Source: Octopus sinensis
Taxonomy: Eukaryota
Assembly: GCF_006345805.1 (NCBI RefSeq)
Contig: NC_043001.1
Location: 13,826,001 to 13,890,000 of the forward strand
DNA: 64,000 nt
Direction of reading: 5' to 3'
The position numbers and the translations under genes are program-made. Numbering within the stretch: position 1 is the first letter of the stretch; each line of letters starts with the position of its first letter. Positions 1 through 11,050 of this stretch are shown in pieces. The notes below the pieces were generated by a model. It was not told where the DNA came from and searched no databases. It was given only the letters and a program-made list of their open reading frames with translations.

Positions 1-99
1 GCGGTGCTCCAGCATGGGTGCATTCAAATGCCTGAAACAATTAAAAGAATAAAAAGAATATATAAGGCATGAGAACTGACGAATAAGATGGCATACATT

Positions 100-482
100 A
101 TAGGACATCACCACGCAACCACATGGTTCCGGGTTCAGTCCAACTGTGTGGTACTACTATAGCCTAAGGCTGACCAAAGCCTTATAAGTGGATCTGGCTG
201 GCGGAAATGAGAGAAGCTCTTCGCATATATACTTGTGTGTGTGTGCGTTTATGCGTATGTCTGTTTGTCTCCCCGCCATTGCTTGATAACCGATGCTGAT
301 GCTTTTCTTTCGCCATAACTTAGCGGTTCGGAAAAATAAAGCGATAGAATAAGTAATAGGCTCACAAAGAATAAGTCCTGGCGTCGATTTCTTCGACTAA
401 AACACTTGCGAGTAAATGAAACCATGCGGTGCTCCAGCGTGGTCGCAGTCAAATGACCGAAACAAGTAAAAGAATAAAAGAA
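100..482 (+). mobile_element. tRNA-derived SINE family A (CORE-like segment, internal (TG)/(TA) microsatellite), diverged copy; the tail of another copy lies at 1-60
   Basis: ggttccgggttcagtcc box-B-like head and tail gcggtgctccagc...aaatgac.gaaacaagtaaaagaataaaag, shared with more than 10 copies in the window. Confidence 0.8.
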
Positions 483-516
483 CAAAAGTATATATAGACA
501 GACATACAGAGAGGGG

Positions 517-565
<49 letters not shown>

Positions 566-867
566 TGTATTATTCTGTACATTCTACTTTTGATACTAAG
601 TTTATACAAATTGTTTTGTTTGCTTGCTCATACAACCAGGCTCCAGATTTCTGTAATAATGGTAACAATAACAAACTGGATTCAATTTTCTTCCACAAAA
701 AGTAGTAAGCAAAGTTGCAAATTAGTTTCCGAATTCACTGCCAATTTCAATGCGGTTAATACACATATATCTCTGATAACTTTCAATCACTATACTTGAA
801 ATCTCTGAAGAAATACCATTTATTACGTTATATATCATTGTCAAAATGAATATATAAAATGATATAT

Positions 868-1193
868 AACGGAACAGCCTGCTCGGGAAATTAACGTGCA
901 AGTGGCTGAGCACTCCACAGATACGTGTACCCTTACCGTAGTTCTCGGGGAGATTCGGCGTGACACAAGGCTGGCCCTCTGAAATACAGGTACAACAGAA
1001 GCAGGGAGAGAGGAGGAGCGGAGAAAGTTGTGGTGAAAGAGTATAGCAGGGTTTGCCACAACCCTCTGCCGGAGCCTCGTGAAGCTTTAGATGTTTTGCT
1101 CAATAAACACTCATAATGCCCTATCTGGGAATCGAAAACGCGATCCTTCGATCGCGAGTCCTCTGTCCTAACCACCGGCCATTACGCCTCCAC
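868..1193 (-). mobile_element. tRNA-derived SINE family C
   Basis: Reverse complement of the copy at 57752-58137: tRNA-like head gtggaggcgtaatggccggtggttagg..., body ...ccccgagaactacg.taagggtacacgt. Confidence 0.8.
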
Positions 1194-1428
1194 ACTGCAA
1201 AATATAAGAATATGGTTTTCAACTCAGGACTGTTGGTTAGACTTCGAGTAATTCATAGTCAATAATTAAATTGATTCTTATTAGGTAATTAAAAGATCGA
1301 CAAGAAATACCGAATGTCTCTTTTGGGAAAATATCTTTTCTCCATTTGCCAGAATCATATAAATTAATCTATTCTTGAATTAAAATCTTCTATACAATCG
1401 CTCCTTTAGGTTGATTATTCCTGTGTCG

Positions 1429-2076
1429 GGATCCTAACCTTTTGACCTACAGATTTAAAAAATAATTTTTTTGTAACTAAACACTTTCAAACTTTGAACA
1501 CTGGTAGAATGTGTCATATAAAACATATTTTACTCTTAGCATTTTTGAGAAAAACTTATATTTACGAAGTTATTTCACGTTAAAGTTGTCCTATTTCGGT
1601 AATTTCAACCAATCAATGACGTGTATTCAGCTGAATAATGTTACTGCAGTTGTTTGTCAACAACAACTTCTTCTGGCGTTGTATATTTCGTTTGTCACTG
1701 TTATTTATGTTAACCCTAACCCTAAAACCTTAACCCTAACCCTAAAACCTTGACTCTTACCCTAAAACCTTAAAACCAGTACGAATGCACGAAAGATGCC
1801 ACAAATAACAGTGACAAATGAAATATACACCACCGATAGTTGTTGTTGACAAACAACGGCAGAAATTTTATTCAGCTGAATACACGTCATTGATTGGTTG
1901 AAATTACCGAAATACTACAACTTTAACGTGAAATAACTTCCTAAATATAATCTTTTCTCAAAAACGCTAAAAGTAAAAGATGTTTTATATGACACATTCT
2001 ACCAGTGTCCTAACTTTGAAAGTGTTTAGTTACAAAAAATCATTATCTAAATCTGTCGGTCAAAGGGTAAAGATCC
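1429..2076. mobile_element. Fold-back non-autonomous DNA transposon with ~280-bp TIRs and internal (CCCTAA)-like repeats
   Basis: Ends GGATC...GATCC; 1429-1709 is the approximate reverse complement of 1800-2076; spacer 1711-1777 reads taaccctaaccctaaaacc... Confidence 0.85.
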
Positions 2077-2446
2077 CAATATAGAGACAAATTTACGTAC
2101 TTTCCTGGGTTTTTGAAAAGCATTTCGCATTAGATAATAGTTTGTTTCATTTTATTGTAATTCCTGGCAACTGCTACGAAAATATTAATGGCTAGTAAGA
2201 ACTCCGTATTTCGTTTTACAACCATGATAATACGACTCAGTTATCAAAGTATATGTCGAAACATATATTAGGAAACAACGTAGATTTTTTTTCTCAGCCC
2301 AAGAAAACCTTGCAACAATTTTGACCTCAAACTTTTCGGTTGGATGTAGTCCAAAGCCATGGATTTTAACGGGCGAGGAAACGAGATATAATTTCCATTC
2401 TTTTACCAACGACATTTATGCCATAACAGAAACGTGTTTACTGTGT

Positions 2447-2680
2447 AAGGCGGCGAGCTGGCAGAAACGTTAGCGCGCCGGGCGAAATGCGTAGCCGTAT
2501 TTCGTCTGCCGTTACGTTCTGAGTTCAAAATCCGCCGAGGTCGACTTTGCCTTTCATCCTTTCGGGGTCGATAAATTAAGTACCAGTTATGCTCTGGGGT
2601 CGATGTAATCGACTTAATCCGTTTGTCTGTCCTTGTTTGCCCCCTCTATGTTTAGTCCCTTGTGGGCAATAAAGAAATAA
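2447..2680 (+). mobile_element. SINE family B (tRNA-like head plus gcctttcatcctttcggggtcgataaattaagtaccag domain), single unit with TSD
   Basis: Head taaggcggcgagctggcagaaacgttagc, tail tgtgggcaataaagaaata; flanked by agaaacgtgttt(a/g)ctgtg duplication. Confidence 0.9.
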
Positions 2681-3796
2681 GAAACGTGTTTGCTGTGGTT
2701 TCGATTTTCTACCAAGTGATTCGATTGCCTTCTTCTAGCCTAACTTCATATTCTGACGTATGCATTTAATCAATTTAACTTTACCAGTACTATAAACTTA
2801 ATTCTAAATGCAAATATTTCAGTTTTGTTTTATTTCAAATTATTCGGATAAAAAAGAATAAAATTAGTTCAATAAAATACCTTTGAAGTGCGATGTAAAA
2901 TCTTTACTTTTTGATTTGCATTCTTTTGCTTAAAATTGCTATTAGTAATCTTGAAAAATAACAATGCCTTTCATTTATCTATGTAAAAAGATTTATTGTA
3001 AAAGTTTGATTTAACTGTCTTTACACACATTTGTTGATAAAAAAAGACTATTTTCCATAAATTATCTTAAATATAACATTTTAAATAGCGAAAATGCTGT
3101 AATGATTGTACTGAAAAAAAATTGTTAAATAACATGAATAATTTAAGAATGTATTGTTTTAAAGAGTCTTCTGTCAGCTTATCTTTATTAAAATGACAAT
3201 GGCTACTTCAGAAAGCAGGAAATGGTTGGGGTCAGATGAACTACTAATGGCAAGTTGTCTGAAAGTTTCTAAAGCAATTGACGGACGTAAGCCACGACAG
3301 ATGACGTTCAAATTATCGGATATTAAATTAAAAGTGGTAAAACAGAATAAAAATAGTGGCGGTTTTCCTGATAGGTATTTCATCGTGGTAAATATTATAT
3401 GAAGCACAAAAATAAAGGGAACCAAATTTATATTTTCTACTTTGTAAATATTTTAGTAGACTAAATCCATTAAAATATCAATATATTTGTTGTTTCCATC
3501 AGGATTATTAGAATTGTACTTGACACGGTTTTTCTGATATGCGTTTTTTTTCTATTTTTCATAAAATATTTTTTTAAAGAAATTTTATTATTCTTATATA
3601 ACGAAATATGATGTTTTTTCTTTAGCTGCTAACTTGATGTCATGTCATGTAGACACTTTAGTAAGACGTGTTCAACAGTTTATTAAGTTGTGTCAAAACA
3701 ATTATTTTTTTCCGTAATTAATGACTTTGAAATAATAGATAAGTTAATTATAATAGGTGTCAATTTAAAGAGTTACGGTGATCATATAGACAGCCA

Positions 3797-4003
3797 CTCT
3801 TTCTTCGTGTTTCTTTTGTACCTGTATTTCAAAGGGCCGTCCTTGTCACACACTGTGTCACGCTGAATCTCCCCGAGAACTACGTTAAGGGTACACGTGT
3901 CTGTGGAGTGCTCAGCCACTTACATGTTAATGTCACGAGCAGGCTGGTCCGTTGATCGGATCAACTGGAACCCTCGTCATCGTCGCAACCGACGGAGTGC
4001 CAC
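3797..4003 (+). mobile_element. SINE family C, 3' part
   Basis: Matches 57945-58135. Confidence 0.75.
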
Positions 4004-4121
4004 GATTAAACAGCTGCTTTTGGTTTTCCTCCTGACTACTTTCACATATGAGTTATGACGTACAATATCAATGAAAATTAGTCGAAAAATTCGAATTCAA
4101 TGAAGAGATGACGTTAGAATA

Positions 4122-4457
4122 GTGACCCCCTTCGGTCAGACACTGAGCATGGGTTTGCACCTAGAGAGTTACTCTCTGAGGCACAAGTCTGGGCAAGGTT
4201 GTTTCATGGAAGACCAGCAGTCGCCCATGCATACCGGCCTCCCCTCTCCACGTCACCGATGTTGTCCAAGGGAAAGGCAAGGGCCGATACAGCTTGGCAC
4301 CTGTGACGTCGCAACTCATTTCTACAGCTGAGTGAACTGGAGCAACGTGAAATAAAGTGTCTTGCTCAAGAACACAACACGCAGCCCGGTCCGGGATTCG
4401 AGCTCACAACCTCACGATCGTAAGCTCGACGCTCTAACCACTGAGCCACGCGCCTTC
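4122..4457 (-). mobile_element. tRNA-headed SINE family D with RTE-5'UTR-like body; partial copy at 15469-15630
   Basis: Minus-strand head gaaggcgcgtggctcagtggttagagcg...cgaatcccgg; CORE-like tgtgttcttgagcaagacactttatttcac; body repeated at 15469-15630 with TSD aatgcatattt. Confidence 0.75.
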
Positions 4458-4641
4458 GCTGATGAGGGTAAGGGGATGAAATATTTATAACAAATATATT
4501 TATATTGAAGTTAAATGTGAACTTAAATGCATGTGCTTATTGGCAATATGACCCTCTCAAATTTATCCAAAACATGTCTGACTGCACTGAAAATAGATTT
4601 TGCATAAGGATTCTTATTGAAGTGATTATATATTTTATTCC

Positions 4642-4988
4642 GGTACCTAATTTTTTAACCCTAACCCTAACCTTAGTTTGTTTATAAAAATAATTTATTT
4701 ACTTAGTTTAAAAAATTATTTACTTTGCGTTTTATTTTCTTTGTTCGAAAAATATTTAATTTGTGATAAAAAATTACATACATCGTTTCAAAAAATAATT
4801 TATTTACTTAATTTAAAAAATTATTTACTTTGAGTTTTATTTGCGCCGTTCGAAAAATATTATTTAACTTTCTTTGATATGTATTCAGCCTTGAAATACA
4901 AACATACGCGCAAGTCGTTGTAGGATCGACTACTTACGACTAGCTTGCGCGTGTGCGCGCTCCGCGACCACTGTTCGCTAGTAGTACC
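4642..4988. mobile_element. Non-autonomous DNA transposon, Merlin-like termini, 9-bp TSD, containing (TAACCC)3
   Basis: Begins GGTAC and ends GTACC; ttttattcc on both sides (4633-4641, 4989-4997); internal ~75-bp duplication and a palindrome near 4907-4951. Confidence 0.7.
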
Positions 4989-5220
4989 TTTTATTCCTGC
5001 CTGCGTAAAACTCCAAAAAGCCAGATATTTAGAGGAAGTGTATATTTGATTAAATGACTCCCTAACAATTGAGAGCATTTTAGCAGATCATCCCTGGAAG
5101 GATTAAAGGCGCAGATGGGATGCCAGGATTCAAACTCGCACGCGAAACAGTTACGAAAGGGTTATATGTCGCGTTTAGGCCACAAATTAGTAGTAATTCT
5201 GAGGAAAGCGTTGTCCGTCA

Positions 5221-5815
5221 TAAGGCGGTGAGCTGGCAGAAGCGTTAGCACACCGGGCGAAATGTTTAGCGGTATTTCGTCTGCCGTTACGTTCTGAGTT
5301 CAAATTCCGCCGAGGTCATCTTTGCCTCTCATCCTTTCGGGGTCGATAAATTAAGTACCAGTTACGCACTGGGGTCGATATATATATGGACGTAATCCGT
5401 TTGTCTGTCCTTGTTTGTCTCCACTGTGTTTGGCCCCTTGTGGGTAGTAAAGAAATAGGTATTTCGTCTGCTGTTACGTTCTAAGTTCAAATTCCACCGA
5501 GGTCGACTTTGCCTTTCATCCTTTCGGGGTCGATTGAAAAAGTACCAGTTACGCACTGGGGTCGATATAATCGACTTAAGCAGTTTGTCTGTCCTTGTTT
5601 GTCCTCGCTGTGTTTGGCCCCTTGTGGGTAGTAAAGAAATAGGTATTTCGGCTACCGTTACGTTCTGAGTTCAAATTCCGCCGCGGTCGACTTTGCCTTT
5701 CATCCTTTCGGGGTCAATAAATTAAGTACCAGTCACGCACTCGGGTCGATGTAATTGACTTGAGCCGGTTGTCTATCCTTGCTTGTCCCCTCTATGTTTA
5801 GCCCCTTGTGGGCAA
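5221..5815 (+). mobile_element. SINE family B, one head plus three tandem body units
   Basis: Body restarts at ggtatttcg directly after ...aaagaaata near 5458 and 5642. Confidence 0.9.
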
Positions 5816-6686
5816 ACAATGTAGCTATCAAAGAATATGTGGAAAGATTGACTCTCTTAGGAAATAAGTTTTTCCCAGCCCAAGAAAATCTTGCATCAGA
5901 TTTGATCTCAAACTTCTCGGTTGGTGGTGGCCATGTATTTTAACGGACGAGGAAACGAAATATAATTTTTATTCCTATACCAACGACATTTATGCCATAA
6001 CAGAAACGTGCTTACTGAGGTTTCGATTTAAACTCGCACCCCAAACAAGTACCAAACGGTAATATTTCGCGTTTAGGCAATAAATTAGCAGTAATTTTGA
6101 GGCAAGCGTTGTCTCTCGCCATTTTCCTCAGAATTTGATGTGTACTTTGATTTATCGACCCACGAAGGATTAAATGCAAAGTGGTGAGAACCGCATGACA
6201 ATCTCTTTCTCATTGTGAATTTCTGGCACAAGGCGAGCAATTTCAGAGATGTGGAATAGTAGTACCCTAGTACTGAACTGATATATATTTTACAATCCCG
6301 AAACGGCGAAATTCAAAGTCGACCTCAACAGAAATTGATCTGTGAAGTAGAAAGCCGGAATAAATGCATCCAAGCATTCCGCCCACTCGCTACCTCTTGA
6401 TAGTCGTTTTAAATTTTGGCACAGCAATTTTTAAATTGGGAGTGGGTTAATCAATTACATCGATCCCGGTGCTTGACTCCTACAATATTTTGCTGATACC
6501 TGCTTGATGGATGGCAAAGTGGATTTCAGGGCTTGTTGAATTCAGAACGTAAAGAACTGGAGGAAATGTTGTTTGATGCGTTAAAGATTCTGCCAGATAC
6601 CAACCTTCTGCAGTTGGAACAATCCAAATATTACTTGCTGCTCGATTGGCCATCAGAAAAAAACTCCAGACCTTAATACTGATATT

Positions 6687-7505
6687 GGATCTTTTCCTTT
6701 GAACGGCAGATCGATGAATTAATTTTTTGTAACTAAACACTTTCAAACGTCGGACACTGGTAGTATGAGTCATATAAAACATCTTTTACTGTTAGCGTTG
6801 TTCAGAAAAGTTTATATTTTCAAAGTTATTTCGTGTTAAAGTAGTCGTATTTCGGTAATTTCACCCAATCAATGACGTGTACTCAGCTGAATAAAATTGC
6901 TTCCGTTGTTTGTCAACAACAACTATCGGCGGTGTATATTTCGTTTGTCACTGTTATTTATGACATCGTACGTGCGCTTGTACTGGTTTTAGGGTTAGGG
7001 TTTTAGAGTTAGGGTTGGGGTTTTAGAGTTAGAGCTACGGAAAACAGGGAAAAATGAAATTGGAGGGTAAGGTGGGCAAAAAAGTATTTCCGAAAATAGT
7101 GGCTGAAAAACAAGGAAAAAAACTTAAAAGCAGTAGAAATGCTCGAACGATTATGGTGATGCCATGAAGTAAACATGCTTCAGATAGACTCGTTTATTCA
7201 TACGAACGTAACTGAGATGAACTATGTCATAAATAACAGTGACAAACGAAATATACACCGCCGGAAGTTGTTGTTGACAAACAACGGCAGTAATTTTATT
7301 CAGTTGAATACACATCATTGACTGGGTGAAATTACCGAAATACGACTACTTTAACACGAAATAACTTTGAAAATACAAACTTTTCTCTAGAACACTAAGA
7401 GAAAAAATGTTTTATATGACACATTCTACAAGTGTCGGAAGTTTGAAAGTGTTTAATTCAAAAAAAAATTAATTTCTCGATCTGTCGTTCAAAGGGTAAA
7501 GATCC
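6687..7505. mobile_element. Fold-back DNA transposon (same family as 1429-2076) with 8-bp TSD and internal TTAGGG-like repeats
   Basis: GGATC...GATCC ends; ctgatatt at 6679-6686 and 7506-7513; ~280-bp TIRs; ttagggttagggttttagagttaggg near 6989-7035. Confidence 0.9.
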
Positions 7506-8130
7506 CTGATATTATATTGTATTAGTGCAAACCTTCTGCTGTTCATTTTTTTTTTTTTTATTATTTCTCTGACTGACATGTATTTATGAAGTACACACAT
7601 GTGTCTCTATGCAGATGGATATAATAAAAAGTGTCATTTTTCGAACTGCAACAAACAAATTCTCTCACGTGTAAATTTATTATCGCTTCAGTGGGGAAAA
7701 TGGATTTATATAGCATCAAAACTATACTAATAATGCCGTAAATATATAGGAATAATCGGGGAACATTATTACGAAAACTCCCCTTTCTAGTGTATATTAA
7801 GTATGTACATTAAAGGATTTTAGAAGTCAATGTTGGGTTTAAATGTGGCAATATACAAACTATTACAGAAAAGTGAATACGATGCCATTAAGATATAAAA
7901 AACAAGTAAGCATGAATATGGTGGGGGGGGCGTTTTCTTTTGAAAATATGAAATAACGATATTTTTTATTAAGAGTAATAAATAGAGAGATCTCAGATAA
8001 CTGAAAACATAGGAAGACCAATGGGAAAGCAAATGACAACACGGACAGACAATATAAGTTTAGAGATTGTTAGTTTCACACAATGTGCCTCATGTGAGGA
8101 GCATCAAAATATGCGCAAGTTATACGTATT

Positions 8131-8145
8131 ATACATAAAAACATA

Positions 8146-8176
<31 letters not shown>

Positions 8177-8189
8177 CACACACACACAC

Positions 8190-8220
<31 letters not shown>

Positions 8221-8267
8221 CCATTAATACATATACATATATATGTAAATGTATATATGTATATATG

Positions 8268-8345
<78 letters not shown>

Positions 8346-8348
8346 TAT

Positions 8349-8380
<32 letters not shown>

Positions 8381-8666
8381 CATAGATACATGCATAGAAA
8401 TATACATATATCTATATACATACATTATATATATATATATACATACATATATACATACACATATAAACATACATACACATATGAACATATATATATATAT
8501 ACATATATAATTATATACGTACATATATATACGTACACATACATACATATATACATATATATATACATACACATGCATATATATACATACACACACACAT
8601 ATATATATATACATACATATAAACATATATATATAGACAAACATATATACGTAAACATATATATAT

Positions 8667-8707
<41 letters not shown>

Positions 8708-8845
8708 AGCAAATATACCCATACATATATATATATACATATGCATACATTTATTTATTTATATATATATACATACATATATACATACACACACACACAT
8801 ACATATATATTTACAAAGAGAGAGAAAGAGAGAGCATATATAGAC
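8131..8845. repeat. Compound (CA)/(TA)/(TACA) microsatellite, ~700 bp
   Basis: Direct inspection; it explains the Y/I-rich ORFs here. Confidence 0.95.
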
Positions 8846-9232
8846 AGTTAATATTAGAATAGCAAAACAACAAAAGAATTACTTATATTGTTGTCTCTAT
8901 GTATTATGTGGTACTTGAAAGTTATGAGAACTGTGGGGGAAACATTTTATTGTAAAGAAACTCTCTTGCAATCCCAAATTGCTAATACGGAGATAAAATT
9001 GGAATGTGTTTAGATATTTCTAAATTAGTTTCGAATTTTATACAAGAGATGTTCATTGCAGACGTAAGTAAAATCTTTTGTGGTTTCCATAAAAATATCT
9101 GGCTCATAGATGTATGTTTATATATATATAATATAGATCTATATAGGTAGATAGATAGATAGATAGATAGGTAGATAGATAGATAGACATGCACACTCTC
9201 TCACACACGGAAGCATATATGAGCATGCATAT

Positions 9233-9282
<50 letters not shown>

Positions 9283-9632
9283 ATTAAATTAGAGATAAAA
9301 CCACTATTAGGCAAATCAAACAGTGAAAAACAGAAGCCAATACATAAAATTAATTTAAAAATATAAAATTTGAAAATTAAAAAATTATTTAAATAATTTA
9401 AACTTATAAATTTTAAATATATATATACAAATATATATATATTTGTATGTATGTATGTTTTTATATTTATATATGATTTTATTAATTAATTAATTAATTT
9501 TTTTTTATATAAATATCAAAAGTATTAAAAGTTTAATAAAAGATAAATATATATATATGTGTACACACACATTTATATATACGCACGTATATATGTATTC
9601 ACACACTAATATATGTATATACATACAAACAC

Positions 9633-9680
<48 letters not shown>

Positions 9681-9744
9681 TATATATAAACACACACACA
9701 CACTCACACACACATATATATATATGTATATATTTTATACACAT

Positions 9745-9790
9745 ACAGTGTGGCCCAAAAGTAGGATTACAGTAATCACGTAGGCACTTT
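9745..9790 (+). mobile_element. Tc1-like terminal inverted repeat fragment
   Basis: TA followed by cagtgtggcccaaaagtagg, a typical Tc1 end; no partner end found. Confidence 0.35.
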
Positions 9791-9907
9791 AAATTTCTTT
9801 CAATACATTTCGTTAAATTTTACTTTCTATCTTACAATTAACTATATCAACATAGAATAAAGATTTAATTTTTTTTAGAAAGAACTAAATTTTCAATATA
9901 TATCAAT

Positions 9908-10098
9908 ATGTGACCGCGTGTGTATCGTTGGCGATTTCCTTTCTCCATCTTCTCTTCTTTGGACTCTTCTACATTTCTGACGAAGAGCTCCGCCCGAAAT
10001 GTAATATCCTCCTACTTTCTTTCCTTTCATGAGCGTCCAATAACACTATACATCTTCCACGTCCACGCGTTGTTGTGTTTTCTCTTTGTTCATGTTAC
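9908..10098 (+). mobile_element. PLE-type pseudo-LTR fragment with degenerate minimal hammerhead; second copy at 10436-10592
   Basis: ctgacga-agagctccgccc-gaaat-gta at 9977-10003; the copy has ccgacga-agagctccgctc-gaaac-gtc at 10467-10493; both end at (TA)n. Confidence 0.6.
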
Positions 10099-10116
10099 TA
10101 TATATATATATATTTA

Positions 10117-10434
10117 TATCTGTAAATGTAATATGACAATTATTCGGTAGCCATGATAAAACTCCGAGTTTCGGATGCCGAGGCGGAAAACCACGCCGCT
10201 ATCTCTTCAGTTATCCGGCCGTCAGAAAAATACTATGAAAAATTACCAAGTATTTTTCCGATGGCCGGATAACTGAAGAGATGGTGGCGTGGTTTTCCAC
10301 CTCGGCATCCGAAACTCGGAATTATATCATAGCTACGGAATAGTTGTCACATATGACATTTACAGATAAATTCATCTATTTACATAATATCGAGGTCTCT
10401 TTCATTCTTTTGTTGTCTTACCATTTTATCAATA
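10117..10434 (+). mobile_element. Fold-back PLE derivative (inverted pLTR pair plus tail) with a hammerhead in each arm
   Basis: 10117-10234 is the reverse complement of 10249-10368; unpaired tail 10369-10434; starts at (TA)n. Confidence 0.75.
10155..10215 (-). ncRNA. Type I hammerhead ribozyme motif
   Basis: gataa-CTGAAGA-stem II-GAAAC-tcgga-GTT-ttatc; stem I gataa/ttatc pairs perfectly. Confidence 0.7.
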
Positions 10435-10620
10435 TCTCGGGATCTTTCTTTCTTTCTCTTATGTTTCCGACGAAGAGCTCCGCTCGAAACGTCATACCCT
10501 CCTTCTTCCATTTTCCTGAGCGCCTAATAATAATAATACTGTAATTGTTCCACGTGTTGTTGTTTTTTCTGTTTTCCCGTTTGGATTAACCTTATATATA
10601 TATATATTATATATATATAT

Positions 10621-11050
10621 AACGTAAGGGGGATCAGCCATCTGAATGTGGCTAGGGACAGGGCGGGGTGGTGGGGGTGTTACTGATGCTTTTAGCCCCA
10701 GGCGATCATCAACGTCACCAGAAGGACTGACACCATATCAGTGTCCTTGTTTGCCTGTAAAGGGAGGTCATCCTCCCTCGAAGATACGGATACTACATAC
10801 GGACCGGTTTCGAGGTCATTGCCTCTTATCAACGTGTATCTTCGAGGGAGGATGACCTCCCTTTACAGGCAAACAAGGACACTGATATGGTGTCAGTCCT
10901 TCTGGTGACGTTGATGATCGCCTGGGGCTAAAAGCATCGGTAACACCCCCACCACCCCGCCCTGTCCCTAGCCACATTCAGATGGCTGATCCCCCTTACG
11001 TTGTCGAGCAGTTACTGTTTATATCTCGTTCAGAGATTTATTATTGTTTT
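10621..11050. mobile_element. Young fold-back PLE derivative: 167-bp arms, 48-bp loop containing a hammerhead, 48-bp tail, inside (TA)n
   Basis: 10621-10787 vs 10836-11002 differ by one mismatch by eye; (TA)n on both sides. Confidence 0.8.
10799..10835 (-). ncRNA. Minimal type I hammerhead motif, U3-A8 core variant
   Basis: acg-TTGATAA-gagg caatga cctc-GAAAC-cg-GTC-cgt. Confidence 0.7.

Noticed and set aside
3193-3402. 69-aa ORF with KAIDG resembling a fucolectin/F5-8C motif
   Set aside because: A single short motif; other conserved residues absent
8129-8851. 200-aa Tyr/Ile-rich ORFs on both strands (also near 23670, 53066, 60348)
   Set aside because: Translations of (TA)/(CA) microsatellites
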